Source: Verrucomicrobiales bacterium (GTDB taxonomy: Bacteria; Verrucomicrobiota; Verrucomicrobiia; Limisphaerales; Palsa-1400). From it: a stretch of DNA of 64,000 nucleotides. The position numbers and the translations under genes were made by a program. The notes beneath the pieces were generated by a model. It had not been told where the DNA came from. It ran no database searches and saw nothing but the letters and a program-made list of their open reading frames with translations. Location: positions 31,281 through 95,280 of the forward strand of contig PLGF01000173.1 of assembly GCA_003138485.1 (NCBI GenBank). The letters run 5' to 3'. Position 1 is the first letter of the stretch. Each line of letters opens with the position of its first letter. Of this stretch, positions 26,941 through 36,369 are shown one piece after another.

Positions 26941-27708
26941 ATGATTGCTCCGACGGCGGTAATTCATCCCAAGGCGCGCCTGGGCGCCGGCTGCGTGATT
27001 GGGCCGTATTGCGTGATCGGGGAAAACGTCACACTCGGCAACGACTGCCGGCTCCATTCGCACGTCGTCATCGACGGCCACACGACCCTGGGCGAGGCCA
27101 ACGAGATTTTTCCCTTCGCCTGCATCGGACTCAAAACGCAGGATTTGAAATGGAAGGGCGGCGTTACCCGCACGCTCATCGGCGGGCACAACACGTTCCG
27201 GGAATACGTCACCATCCACAGCGCCACCGGCGACGGAGAAGTCACGACCGTCGGCTCGCATAACCATATCCTGGCCTATTCCCACATCGCTCACAACGTC
27301 ACCCTGGGCGATCACGTCATCATGTCCAACGTGGCGACCCTGGCCGGGCACATCCTGGTCGAGGACAGGGCCGTTATCGGCGGCCTGGCGGCAGTGCATC
27401 AATTCTGCCGGATAGGAACGATGGCGATCATCGGCGGCTGCTCCAAGGTGGTGCAGGACGTGCCCCCCTACATGATAGCCGACGGCAACCCGGCCCGGAC
27501 GCGCGCCCTCAACAAAGTGGGGTTGGAGCGCAACGGTGTTTCGGCGGAAGCGCAAGCGGCCCTCAAACACGCCCACCGAATCCTCTTTCGCGACGGTCTG
27601 ACCCAGGCCGCCGCCCTGTCAAAAATCGAAAGCGATCTGCCGCCGCTGCCGGAAGTCCGCCGCCTGGTTGAATTCGTCCGCGGCAGCGAGCGCGGCGTTG
27701 CCAAGTGA
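26941..27708 (+). CDS. lpxA: acyl-ACP--UDP-N-acetylglucosamine O-acyltransferase
   Basis: Left-handed beta-helix hexapeptide repeats from the N-terminus (IHPKARLGAGCVIGPYCVIGENVTLG...) and a C-terminal LpxA-type helical domain. Confidence 0.85.
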   Translation: MIAPTAVIHPKARLGAGCVIGPYCVIGENVTLGNDCRLHSHVVIDGHTTLGEANEIFPFACIGLKTQDLKWKGGVTRTLIGGHNTFREYVTIHSATGDGEVTTVGSHNHILAYSHIAHNVTLGDHVIMSNVATLAGHILVEDRAVIGGLAAVHQFCRIGTMAIIGGCSKVVQDVPPYMIADGNPARTRALNKVGLERNGVSAEAQAALKHAHRILFRDGLTQAAALSKIESDLPPLPEVRRLVEFVRGSERGVAK

Positions 27709-27715
27709 CTTCTGG

Positions 27716-29443
27716 CTAGACCGGCAGCGTGATGAGAATGGCCGTTCCCTTGCCCGGCTCGGAGCGGATGCGCACTTTGCCGCGGTGCGTTTCGATCACC
27801 CGCTCCACAATCGCCAGCCCCAGCCCCGTGCCTTTTTCCTTCGTCGTGCTCAACAGCGACGAAAAAGGCCGGCGCCGATGCTCTTCGGGCATCCCCTTGC
27901 CGGTGTCGCGAAATTCGATCAAGACGTGCGTGGTCTTCCCCGCCCGCGCCGTCAGCCTGACCGCCCGGGTCGAAAGGGTGAGCGTGCCGCCGCCGGGCAT
28001 AGCCTCAACGGCGTTCAAGGTCAGGTTCAGGAAGGCCTGCGCCAATTGCGTGCCATCGGCCATGACTTCCGGCAGGTCGTTCCCCATCTTGCGGACGAAT
28101 TGAATCCGCTGGTTGCGCAGCTTGTGGCGGACCAGCAGCGCCAAGTCGTCGAGGAGTTGATTGATGTTGACGCGGGCCAGCTTCGGTTCGGTGCTCCGGG
28201 CGAAATCCAGGATTTGCTCCACGATCTTGTTCAACTGATCCATTTTATCCCGCAGGATGGCATCGTCCTTGATGCGTGGGTCCCCGGTCGCGAACTCCAG
28301 CCGCAATGAATGGTAGAGCATCTTCATGACGGTCAGCGGATTGCGGATTTCGTGCGCCACCTCCGCGGCCAGCAGGCCCAGCGCGGAAAGCTTTTCGTTC
28401 TGCCGCAACTGCTCCTCCAGGTCCACGACCCTCTCGTAGAGCCGGGTCTTTTCCAGGGCGATGGCGGAAAGTTCGGCCAGCGCGGTGATGGTGTGGATTT
28501 CCTCGTTGGAAAAGCTGCGGGCCTTGCCGGTGTAGATGTTGAGCGTCCCGATGGCCTGGCCGCCAAACACCAGCGGCGCGCTTAGCAGCGACACCAATCC
28601 CTCGCGCCGAGCCATGTCCTTGTTCTGGTACAGCGACGATTCCCGCACGTTCTCCAGTTGCATCGGCTTCTTGCGACGGACGACTATCCCCATGAAACTT
28701 TCGTCCGCGCTCAGGCGGGCCTTGTCCAGGTAAGCCGGGCCGCCGCCGTAACTGGCCCGCAAATCCAGCCATTGCCCGGTTGGATCGAGCATAAGCAGCG
28801 AACAAGTCCGCGCATCCATCAACGCGCACGCCTCCCGCGTGATCAGTTGCAGCGCCTCGTTGACGTTCAGGGCGGAGTTGATGCTGCGGCTGACGCTGAC
28901 CAACGTTTCCAGCAGGCGCGCCTTGAGGCGGGATTGTTCGAAAATCCAGGTGTTCTGGATGACCTTGGCCGCCTGCGCCGCCAGTTCCTCCAATAATTCC
29001 TGGTCTTCAACGCTGAACGCGTTTTCGCTTTGCGAATCGACGTTGATCACTCCCCTCACCTCTCCCATCACCTCCAGCGGCACCGCCAATTCCGAGCGGA
29101 CGTCATTGCGCAGCATCACATAGCGCGGGTCGCCCCGGACGTCGCCCACGCGGGCCGGTTTGCCGGCGCGGGCGACCCAGCCGGTGATGCCCTGGCCGAG
29201 GCGGAGCCGGAGGTCCCCGGCATTGGCCGGCAGCCCCGCCGAGGCCTGGATTTCCAGGAGGGCGTTGGTGGGGTTGATGAGCGCCAGCGAGCCGCTGGAG
29301 GCGCGCATGACGCGCACGGCTTCCTGCAAGATCAATTGCAGCGCCTGCTGCGGATCCAGGGTCGAGTGGATGACGTTGCTGACCTGATAAAGCAGCTTGA
29401 GGCGGTCGTGGGCCGCTCGCAAACTGGCTATCTCATCCGTCAT
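27716..29443 (-). CDS. sensor histidine kinase with two GAF domains (HisKA + HATPase_c)
   Basis: Two GAF-like modules, H-box EVAHEIRNPLTV, and N/G boxes (LNLTLNAVEAM, GTGLGLAIV). Confidence 0.8.
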   Translation of the reverse strand: MTDEIASLRAAHDRLKLLYQVSNVIHSTLDPQQALQLILQEAVRVMRASSGSLALINPTNALLEIQASAGLPANAGDLRLRLGQGITGWVARAGKPARVGDVRGDPRYVMLRNDVRSELAVPLEVMGEVRGVINVDSQSENAFSVEDQELLEELAAQAAKVIQNTWIFEQSRLKARLLETLVSVSRSINSALNVNEALQLITREACALMDARTCSLLMLDPTGQWLDLRASYGGGPAYLDKARLSADESFMGIVVRRKKPMQLENVRESSLYQNKDMARREGLVSLLSAPLVFGGQAIGTLNIYTGKARSFSNEEIHTITALAELSAIALEKTRLYERVVDLEEQLRQNEKLSALGLLAAEVAHEIRNPLTVMKMLYHSLRLEFATGDPRIKDDAILRDKMDQLNKIVEQILDFARSTEPKLARVNINQLLDDLALLVRHKLRNQRIQFVRKMGNDLPEVMADGTQLAQAFLNLTLNAVEAMPGGGTLTLSTRAVRLTARAGKTTHVLIEFRDTGKGMPEEHRRRPFSSLLSTTKEKGTGLGLAIVERVIETHRGKVRIRSEPGKGTAILITLPV

Positions 29444-29687
29444 GGACTCAATCTACCCTTTGCCCATCAAACTTTAAAGAACAAGAAATGCCGCCCTTCC
29501 CATCAAACTTTGCCCGCGCCAAGCCGCCAGTCAGGGGATCGCAGGCCCTCCCGACTTCCCTCATTTCCGGGGCGGGCAGCATTCGCAAGCGGTGCAGCCC
29601 AATAATTTGTTCCGTCTCCTGCGAGCCCCCTATTCCGCATGGACGGCTCGAATTTAACGCCCAGCGCGGAAACCCCGCGGGAATTTA

Positions 29688-29987
29688 GGGTGCACAAGGG
29701 TGCACAAGCCTGCATAAGCGCAGGGATCTCCGCGCCGCCGGGCGGGAAAGTGCTCCGCTGGATTTGCCGGACGCTCATTCGCAACGCCAGAACCGCGCGC
29801 CTGCTGCTCTTCTCCCAGCCTGTCCGCCATGGCCTTGCCGATGGCGGGGGGGGTAGTATGAGTGTGATCTCCGAAGAATCCTGTCCTGCGCCCGGGGCGG
29901 CCGGCACCGAAAGGCTCGCTTGCATCGCAACAAAACTACCGTAATTTTTTAACCACGGATGCACACGGATGGACACGGATTCAAATC
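29688..29987. repeat. composite dispersed intergenic repeat, copy 2 (same modules and order as 7733-8026)
   Basis: gggtgcacaagggtgcacaagcctgcataagc ... actaccgtaatttttt aaccacggatgcacacggatggacacggattcaaatc. Both copies are followed within ~200 bp by a tttcaaagaacaa box. Confidence 0.6.
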
Positions 29988-30267
29988 CCCCAATGCCCGC
30001 CAGGCGGGAAAAAATGGCTTTCAGCGCACAGCGGGCGCAACGGTTCACGCCACGCAGGCCGCCCGATGCGGGACGGGCCGCGCCGACAGCATTTCAAAGA
30101 ACAAGCCTGCTTATGAAATGTAACATACCAGGGAGGGATTGCAAGAGCATTTTTGCCCGCAGAACATTTGCGGGCGTGAGACAGAGTTCTTCAGGCGGTT
30201 TGTCTCCGCAGGGAAGACCATGAGAGTCGTATATCCATTCAGATCCAAACGCCGGGCGCGCGGGGGA

Positions 30268-30367
30268 AAGCGGCGCTGGCGCGCGCGCACTCCAAGGCCT
30301 GGCGGCTTTTCGCAAGCTTCCTGTGTGCGCGAAGCGTCTTGGAGTGCGGGCGCGCCAGCGCCGCTTT
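30268..30367. repeat. long imperfect inverted repeat (~30-bp arms, ~40-nt loop) 60-160 bp downstream of the stop of the 30425-34378 gene; terminator-like or REP-like
   Basis: aaagcggcgctggcgcgcgcgcactccaagg ... cttggagtgcgggcgcgccagcgccgcttt, with 29 of 31 positions complementary. Confidence 0.55.
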
Positions 30368-30424
30368 GTTCCTCAATCAGCGACGATTACCAGAACCTGC
30401 GGAGTTGCGCCGGAAAACCGGGCT

Positions 30425-33400
30425 TCAGGGTGAACTGACCCGGTAAAACCGATTGGAATCATTTGTGGTTTGCGGTTCGGCAAATTGAAATTGGCCGGGA
30501 GCTGTTTCAAGGGCCTGCCCGATCACCGTCCAGCCGCTGGCAGGCAGCAATAGATTGGTGAAGCTCAACACACTAAAAGTCGCGCCGGAGATGTTGGTGA
30601 AGGCGAATTGGAATTCGCCGGTGGCGGACTGGGGCAAGGTGATGAGAGCCGGCGGCGTGGCGACGGGCTGAAACTCGAACGCGCCGATGTCCACATGCCC
30701 CCCTGCCTGACGGGGGAAGCCGCGTTGGTCGGTCGTGAGATTGTACGGCGGGCTGAACAACGCGGCGTCGCCAGCTTCCAAGGCCGGGCTGCCATGAAGG
30801 AGAGCCATGGTGGGGGTGCGACCGCCGTTGCCGGCGAGCGGGCCGAGCAGCGGGGCAAGCGGGTTGGCCGTGGTGCCCGCCAAGTCAGCGTTGACGCCGT
30901 TGGTGAAGCCAGTACTGCCGTTGGTCTGTCCGATCAAGTTATATCCCAGTGAGGTGAACGAGCCGGCGAGGTCCGGGCCGGCGCCGGCAGAACCTCCATT
31001 GCCGGCGGCTCCGGCATAGTTCAGCGCAACGAGCGTGTTCACCAGTTGCGCTGAAGAACCGACAAACACCGGGTAGGTCGAGGGAGACAAGTCGGAGATG
31101 GCGCCACTCCCGCCATTGCCCGGTGCGCCGCCGTAACTGCCGACGCCGACATCACCCCCATTGCCGCCAAAATTGCCGCTGACGGTGCAACCGGCCAGCG
31201 TGAGGGTGCCCGCGCTGCAAACACCGCCGGGACCACCATTCCCCCCGTTGCCGTTAGCACCTCCTGTTCCATTACCATCACATCTGTTAGTGCCGCCAGA
31301 GCCGCCGCTGCCGCCGATATTGCCGCTGAGTGTGCAGGAGATCAGCGTCAACTGGCCTGCGTTGTAAATGCCTCCCGTGCCTCCAAAGCCGCCCAATTCG
31401 TAGTCCTCGCACGGGTCAGCCATCCCGCCGCTGCCACCCATGTTGTCCGCGATTGCACAGTCGGTAATGGTGGACGTGCCTCCATTGAAAACACCACCGG
31501 TGCCGCCCGCGCCAGTTAATCCAGTCCAACTCTGGAAACCTCCGCCGCCAGGGCCGCCGAGATTGGCCTGGAGCATGCAATCGAGCATGAAGAGATTGCT
31601 CGCGGCATAGATGGCGCCAACCCCACCAACACCAGGCGTAATGCTGGAGTCGTACTCGGAGGAAACGCCCGTGCCGCCCTGATTGCCAGTGAACGTGCAA
31701 CCAACCAGCGTCAACGGCCCGGTGCTATAAAAACCACCTCCATCGCCGCCGGGGGATGCGCTTACCAAGCCAGGAGAACCGCCTTGATTACCGATAAAGG
31801 CGCAGTTGGTGGCGCTGGCCGCGAGGGGGCTTGCGCTACAGACTGCGCCGCCATTGCCTCCATGGCCACTTCCATTACTGGCGTAGTAGAGGTCCGCGCC
31901 GCCGCCGCCGCCAGCGGTGTTTCCGCTCAAAGTGGTGGAGGAGATGCTGAGAGCGCCCGCGCTGTAGATGGCGCCGCCGCTGCCCCCCATCCCACCTGAG
32001 CTATGACTGCCATTACCACCATGGCCTCCGATACCTGCTGAATTGCTGGCGAATGCACAAGCATCCACCGTGAGGGTGCCGGCGTTGTAGATGCCGCCGC
32101 CATTCCCCCCATCCCCGCCATTCCCCCCAATCCTGCCCGGCCCCGGTGTCGCGCCGTTGCCGTCCGTGTTGCTGACGAGAGTGCAGGACGTAAGTGTCAG
32201 CGCGCCCGCGTTGTAGATGCCGCCGCCATCACCACCCGGCCCGCCAGAAATGCCGTCAGGCGCGCGCCCATTGCAAATCGTCAGGCCGGAGATGCTGACG
32301 GTCGCGTTGGAGGCGATCTCGAAGACGCGGCCAATGGTATTACCGCTAATGGCGAGGTTCGTTGCGCCAGGGCCGATGATCGTGAGATCATTTGTGAGGA
32401 GCAATTCCCCGCTGGTGAGGGTAATGGCGCCCAGGAACGAGAAATTGATGGTTGCGCCGGGGGCCGCGGCCTGGATGGCTTGGCGTAGCGAACCGTCGCC
32501 CGCATCGTTGTTGTTCCAAACCGAAGGATGCACCGCAAACTCCTCGTCGGTCCCGTACACAAAGCCCGGAACCGTCCAAGCCACCAGGCGATAGTGATAG
32601 ATGTTCGTGCTCAACCCACTCAACGTGCTGCTGACCGCCACCACGTTGCCTCCCGCAGGCAGGATGGTCGCGCCGGTGAGATTGCCGTAGTTTGTGTCTC
32701 CGCCCCACTCGAACCAGACGACGGCCTCGCTATCTCCATTGGCGACAGTGCCGTTGAGATTCCCGCTCGTGGTGGAAAGGCTCGTGGCGGGCAACGTCGT
32801 CACAAAGGCGGGCACAACTGTGAGTATGGCGTTACTGCTCAAGACGCTGCCGAAGCTGTCGCTGATGAGCACGGCGTATGTGCCGGAGTTGTTGAGGGTG
32901 AGGTTGGTGAGCACGAGTGAGGCATTGGTGGCGCCAGGCAGGTTCGCGCCATCGCATTCCCATTGATAATTCGACGCCACGAGGCTCAAAACGCTCACCG
33001 TGAACGTCACATTGGTCCCGGTCAGCACGGTCCGGTTGGGCGGTTGCGGCTGGGTCTCGACAAAGACTGGGTCAACCGCAAGCACCGCGTTGCTGCTGAT
33101 CGCGCCGCCATAGCTGTTGATCACCAGCAAGGCGTAACTGCCGGAATTGGACGGCGCGACATTCATCAGGGTCAGCACGGCGTTCGTTGCGCCGGGCAGG
33201 TTGGTGTCATTGAATCGCCACTGATAGGTCAGCGGCGCCACACAGCACACGCCCACACTTAGGGTCACGTTCGTCCCGGCCAGCAAAGTCTGGCTGGCGG
33301 GTTGGCCGGTAATCTGTGGAATCGCAAGGTTCAGCGTGTAAATGCCGCCACCCGCCGCCACCAGTTTTGTCCCGTCGGCTGAACAGGCGACGGCAACCCC

Positions 33401-34378
33401 GTATCCAATGCTCGGAGTCCAGGTGGCTCCCGAGTTCGTCGAGAGGTAAACCGGGGGTGAGAGGTAAACCGGGGGAACAGGGAGCCTGCCGCGGCCTACC
33501 GGCGTACCTTCGGTGATGGCCGTCGCCACCAGTATTGTTCCATCCGCTGAACAGGCGACGGAAGCCCAATAATTATTGGGTGCGCTGCTTCGGGACCAAG
33601 TGCTTCCCGAATTTGTTGATATGACCAAAGGACCTGGGTTCGAGTCGAAACCGTCCTCGCCTTGTGAGTTTATTGGTATCTCACCGATTAGTTGAGCCAC
33701 CGCGACGAGTTTGGTTCCATCGGCAGAGGAGGCGACGGCAGCCCATTCAGCTTCAGCAGACTGAAGGCCGTTCATATCCACTCCATTGGTTGCAGTCCAA
33801 ATGGCGCCCCCATCCTTCGAGGTGAAAATCAGGACGTCTTGAGAAGAGTTACCCAAGGCCACTAATTCCGTTCCATCGGCGGAAGTGGCAATCGAAGTCC
33901 AGCCACGGTAGAGTGGCGCACTGGTCAACGTCCAAGTGCTCCCCGAATCCGTCGAGGTGTAAATGCCGAAGCCGCTCGCGGCCGCCAATTGGGTCCCATC
34001 AGCCGAGGAGACGATGGAAGACCAATTTTGACCGGGCGCGCTGGTTTGGGTCCAAGTGCCGCCCGAATTCGTCGAGGTGTAAATGCCGCCGTCACTCACG
34101 GCCGCCAATTGGGTTCCATCAGCCGAGGAGGCGATGGAGGTCCAGAGGTTGCTCGGCGCGCTGGTTTGGGTCCAAGTGCCGCCCGAATTCGTCGAAGTAT
34201 AAATGCCGCCGTCACTGATTACGGCCGCCAATTTGGCCCCGTCAGCCGAAGAGGCAATGGAAGACCAACTCTCATTGGGCGCGCTGGTCAGCGTCCATGT
34301 TTGGGCCGGCGCGGCATGGGCAAAGGCGAGGAGGATGCAGATCTGTGCCGCACGAAAAAAGCGCGATAATGTTTTCAT
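30425..34378 (-). CDS. giant secreted surface protein with BNR/Ycf48-like propeller repeats, Ig-like domains and a polymorphic-membrane-protein (Pmp)-type parallel beta-helix, ending in the conserved RFYRV C-terminal domain
   Basis: Signal peptide MKTLSRFFRAAQICILLAFAHAAPA. Repeated WT(L/Q)TSAP..W.SIASSADG..LAAV..GGIYTSTNSGGTW units. Then IPQITGQP...Ig-like modules. Then dense GGxIYxAGxLT / GG-rich Pmp-like repeats. C-terminus: ...GEFQFAFTNISGATFSVLSFTNLL...SNRFYRVSSP. Confidence 0.8.
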   Translation of the reverse strand: MKTLSRFFRAAQICILLAFAHAAPAQTWTLTSAPNESWSSIASSADGAKLAAVISDGGIYTSTNSGGTWTQTSAPSNLWTSIASSADGTQLAAVSDGGIYTSTNSGGTWTQTSAPGQNWSSIVSSADGTQLAAASGFGIYTSTDSGSTWTLTSAPLYRGWTSIATSADGTELVALGNSSQDVLIFTSKDGGAIWTATNGVDMNGLQSAEAEWAAVASSADGTKLVAVAQLIGEIPINSQGEDGFDSNPGPLVISTNSGSTWSRSSAPNNYWASVACSADGTILVATAITEGTPVGRGRLPVPPVYLSPPVYLSTNSGATWTPSIGYGVAVACSADGTKLVAAGGGIYTLNLAIPQITGQPASQTLLAGTNVTLSVGVCCVAPLTYQWRFNDTNLPGATNAVLTLMNVAPSNSGSYALLVINSYGGAISSNAVLAVDPVFVETQPQPPNRTVLTGTNVTFTVSVLSLVASNYQWECDGANLPGATNASLVLTNLTLNNSGTYAVLISDSFGSVLSSNAILTVVPAFVTTLPATSLSTTSGNLNGTVANGDSEAVVWFEWGGDTNYGNLTGATILPAGGNVVAVSSTLSGLSTNIYHYRLVAWTVPGFVYGTDEEFAVHPSVWNNNDAGDGSLRQAIQAAAPGATINFSFLGAITLTSGELLLTNDLTIIGPGATNLAISGNTIGRVFEIASNATVSISGLTICNGRAPDGISGGPGGDGGGIYNAGALTLTSCTLVSNTDGNGATPGPGRIGGNGGDGGNGGGIYNAGTLTVDACAFASNSAGIGGHGGNGSHSSGGMGGSGGAIYSAGALSISSTTLSGNTAGGGGGADLYYASNGSGHGGNGGAVCSASPLAASATNCAFIGNQGGSPGLVSASPGGDGGGFYSTGPLTLVGCTFTGNQGGTGVSSEYDSSITPGVGGVGAIYAASNLFMLDCMLQANLGGPGGGGFQSWTGLTGAGGTGGVFNGGTSTITDCAIADNMGGSGGMADPCEDYELGGFGGTGGIYNAGQLTLISCTLSGNIGGSGGSGGTNRCDGNGTGGANGNGGNGGPGGVCSAGTLTLAGCTVSGNFGGNGGDVGVGSYGGAPGNGGSGAISDLSPSTYPVFVGSSAQLVNTLVALNYAGAAGNGGSAGAGPDLAGSFTSLGYNLIGQTNGSTGFTNGVNADLAGTTANPLAPLLGPLAGNGGRTPTMALLHGSPALEAGDAALFSPPYNLTTDQRGFPRQAGGHVDIGAFEFQPVATPPALITLPQSATGEFQFAFTNISGATFSVLSFTNLLLPASGWTVIGQALETAPGQFQFAEPQTTNDSNRFYRVSSP

Positions 34379-34437
34379 AGTTCTTGGTTCGATCATAACA
34401 AGGCGTTTTGAATTGAAGTTCATTTCCAGCGCATTTC

Positions 34438-36369
34438 TCATGGCATTTGCAGGCTGTAGAAGCGGCTGGGGTAATTCGTCCACTGCGGATCGCTGAAATA
34501 GAACGAACCGTTGACAAGCGCGTTGGTGGCGAGCGGAACCCAAACGGGGCTTGCCAAATTAGTGCAGGCAGCCACCACAACCGTGAAATTGGTTGTGCCG
34601 GTGATGTTGAACCCAAAATGGTTGTTCCGCACCCCGAAGTCGCCGTCGCCCACCTGGATCAGCGGGTTCCAGAGCATGAGCGGAAGATACAGACCCGCGT
34701 AGAAATCGCCGGTGGCGCCAGGCAAATAATAGATGGTTGCGGTGTCATCACCGAATGCGACCGAAACACCATAGCTGGCATTGCCCGTGAAATAGACGCT
34801 GGTCAGGTTGGAGCAGGCAGAGAACGCATACTCCTCGATGTCGGTGACGCTGCCGGGAATGGTGACGCTGACCAGTCCGGTGCAGTCATAGAACGCAGCG
34901 TATCCGATGCTGGTGAGGCCGTTGGCGAACGTGGCGTTTGTCAGGCCAGTGCAGGCCACGAACGCATCCTCCCCGAAGTTGGTGAGGCTACCGGGAATGG
35001 TGACGCTCGTTAGATTAGCGCAGCCAAAAAACGCATCCGCACCGATGCTGGCAACGCCATTGGGGATCGTGACGTTGGTCATGCTCCAGCAGTTATCGAA
35101 CGCCGCCGACCCGATGCTGGTGACGCTGTTGGGAATCGTCACGCTTTTCAGACTGACACACGACTGGAAGGCATCCTCCCCGATGTTGGTGACACTGGCG
35201 GGAATCGTGACGATAGCCAGGCTGGAGCAGGAGCCGAACGCATACTGCCCAATGCTCGTCACGCCATCAGCGATCATCGCATTCGTCAGTCCAGAGCATC
35301 CATAAAACGCATACTCCCCGATACTGGTGACGCTGCCGGGTATCGTGATGCCGGGCAGGCTGAGACAGGAATTGAAGGCATTCTGCCCGATGCTGGCGAC
35401 CGAGCCGGGAATGGTGACATTGGTCAGGCTGGCGCAGTCAGCGAACGCAAAATCCCCAATGTTGGTGACACTGCCGGGAATCGTCACGCTGCCCAGGCTG
35501 GGGCAAAGTTCGAACGCCTCGTCTCCGATGCTGGTGACGCTGCCGGGAATGGCGATGCTCGTCATGGAAAAGCAGCCATAGAACGCATCCTGGCCGATGT
35601 TGGTAACGCTGCCGGGAATCGTCACGCCGCTGAGGTAGTAGCAGGTGGAGAACGCGTTATTCCCGATGAGGTTGACGCTGGCGGGAATCGTGTAAGTTCC
35701 ATCCGGGTTGCCCGGTGGATATTGAATGAGCGTGGATTGGCTCTGGTCGAACAATACTCCATCCACATCGCTATAAAAGGAATTATTGGGATCCACCGTG
35801 ATCGCCGCAAGGCTGTTGCACGACTGGAACGCAAAAGCCCCGATGTTGGTGACGCTGCCGGGAATCATGATGCCGGGCAACAGGCCGCAACCGGAGAACG
35901 CGCCTTCGCCGATGCTGGTGACGCCGTCGCCAATGCTGGCGTGAGTCAGGCCGGCGCAGTTCCCGAACCCATACTCCCCAATTTCGGTGACACTGCCGGG
36001 AATCGCGATGCTCGTCAGGCTGGAGCAGGCATTGAAAGCATCCTCCCCAATGTTCACAACGCCGTCGGCGATGTTGGCGTTGGTCAGGCCGGCGCAGCCG
36101 CTAAACGCAAATTCCCCGATGTTGGTGACGCCGCCGGGAATCGTGACGCTGGTCAGGCCGGACTTGTAGTAGAACGCCCCCTCCCCGATGCTGGTGACGA
36201 AGTTGGAAATCACGACCGCACCCCCGGCCCCAGTATATTCGGTGAGGGTGATCGCGCCGTTATTGGTCGCGTAAATGAATTGGGCTTGCACCGCCGCCGG
36301 GGCGGTCAGAAGCAGCAAACCCAAAAGAATGGGCCATGTTGCTTTTCGGCAATGGTTCAGATCAATCAT
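34438..36369 (-). CDS. secreted BspA-type leucine-rich-repeat (LRR_5) surface protein with a divergent RFY-type C-terminal domain
   Basis: Signal peptide, then about 20 tandem copies of IPxSVTxIGxxAFxxCxxLTxVT. C-terminus: ...FGFNITGTTNFTVVVAACTNLASPVW...YPSRFYSLQMP. Confidence 0.8.
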   Translation of the reverse strand: MIDLNHCRKATWPILLGLLLLTAPAAVQAQFIYATNNGAITLTEYTGAGGAVVISNFVTSIGEGAFYYKSGLTSVTIPGGVTNIGEFAFSGCAGLTNANIADGVVNIGEDAFNACSSLTSIAIPGSVTEIGEYGFGNCAGLTHASIGDGVTSIGEGAFSGCGLLPGIMIPGSVTNIGAFAFQSCNSLAAITVDPNNSFYSDVDGVLFDQSQSTLIQYPPGNPDGTYTIPASVNLIGNNAFSTCYYLSGVTIPGSVTNIGQDAFYGCFSMTSIAIPGSVTSIGDEAFELCPSLGSVTIPGSVTNIGDFAFADCASLTNVTIPGSVASIGQNAFNSCLSLPGITIPGSVTSIGEYAFYGCSGLTNAMIADGVTSIGQYAFGSCSSLAIVTIPASVTNIGEDAFQSCVSLKSVTIPNSVTSIGSAAFDNCWSMTNVTIPNGVASIGADAFFGCANLTSVTIPGSLTNFGEDAFVACTGLTNATFANGLTSIGYAAFYDCTGLVSVTIPGSVTDIEEYAFSACSNLTSVYFTGNASYGVSVAFGDDTATIYYLPGATGDFYAGLYLPLMLWNPLIQVGDGDFGVRNNHFGFNITGTTNFTVVVAACTNLASPVWVPLATNALVNGSFYFSDPQWTNYPSRFYSLQMP

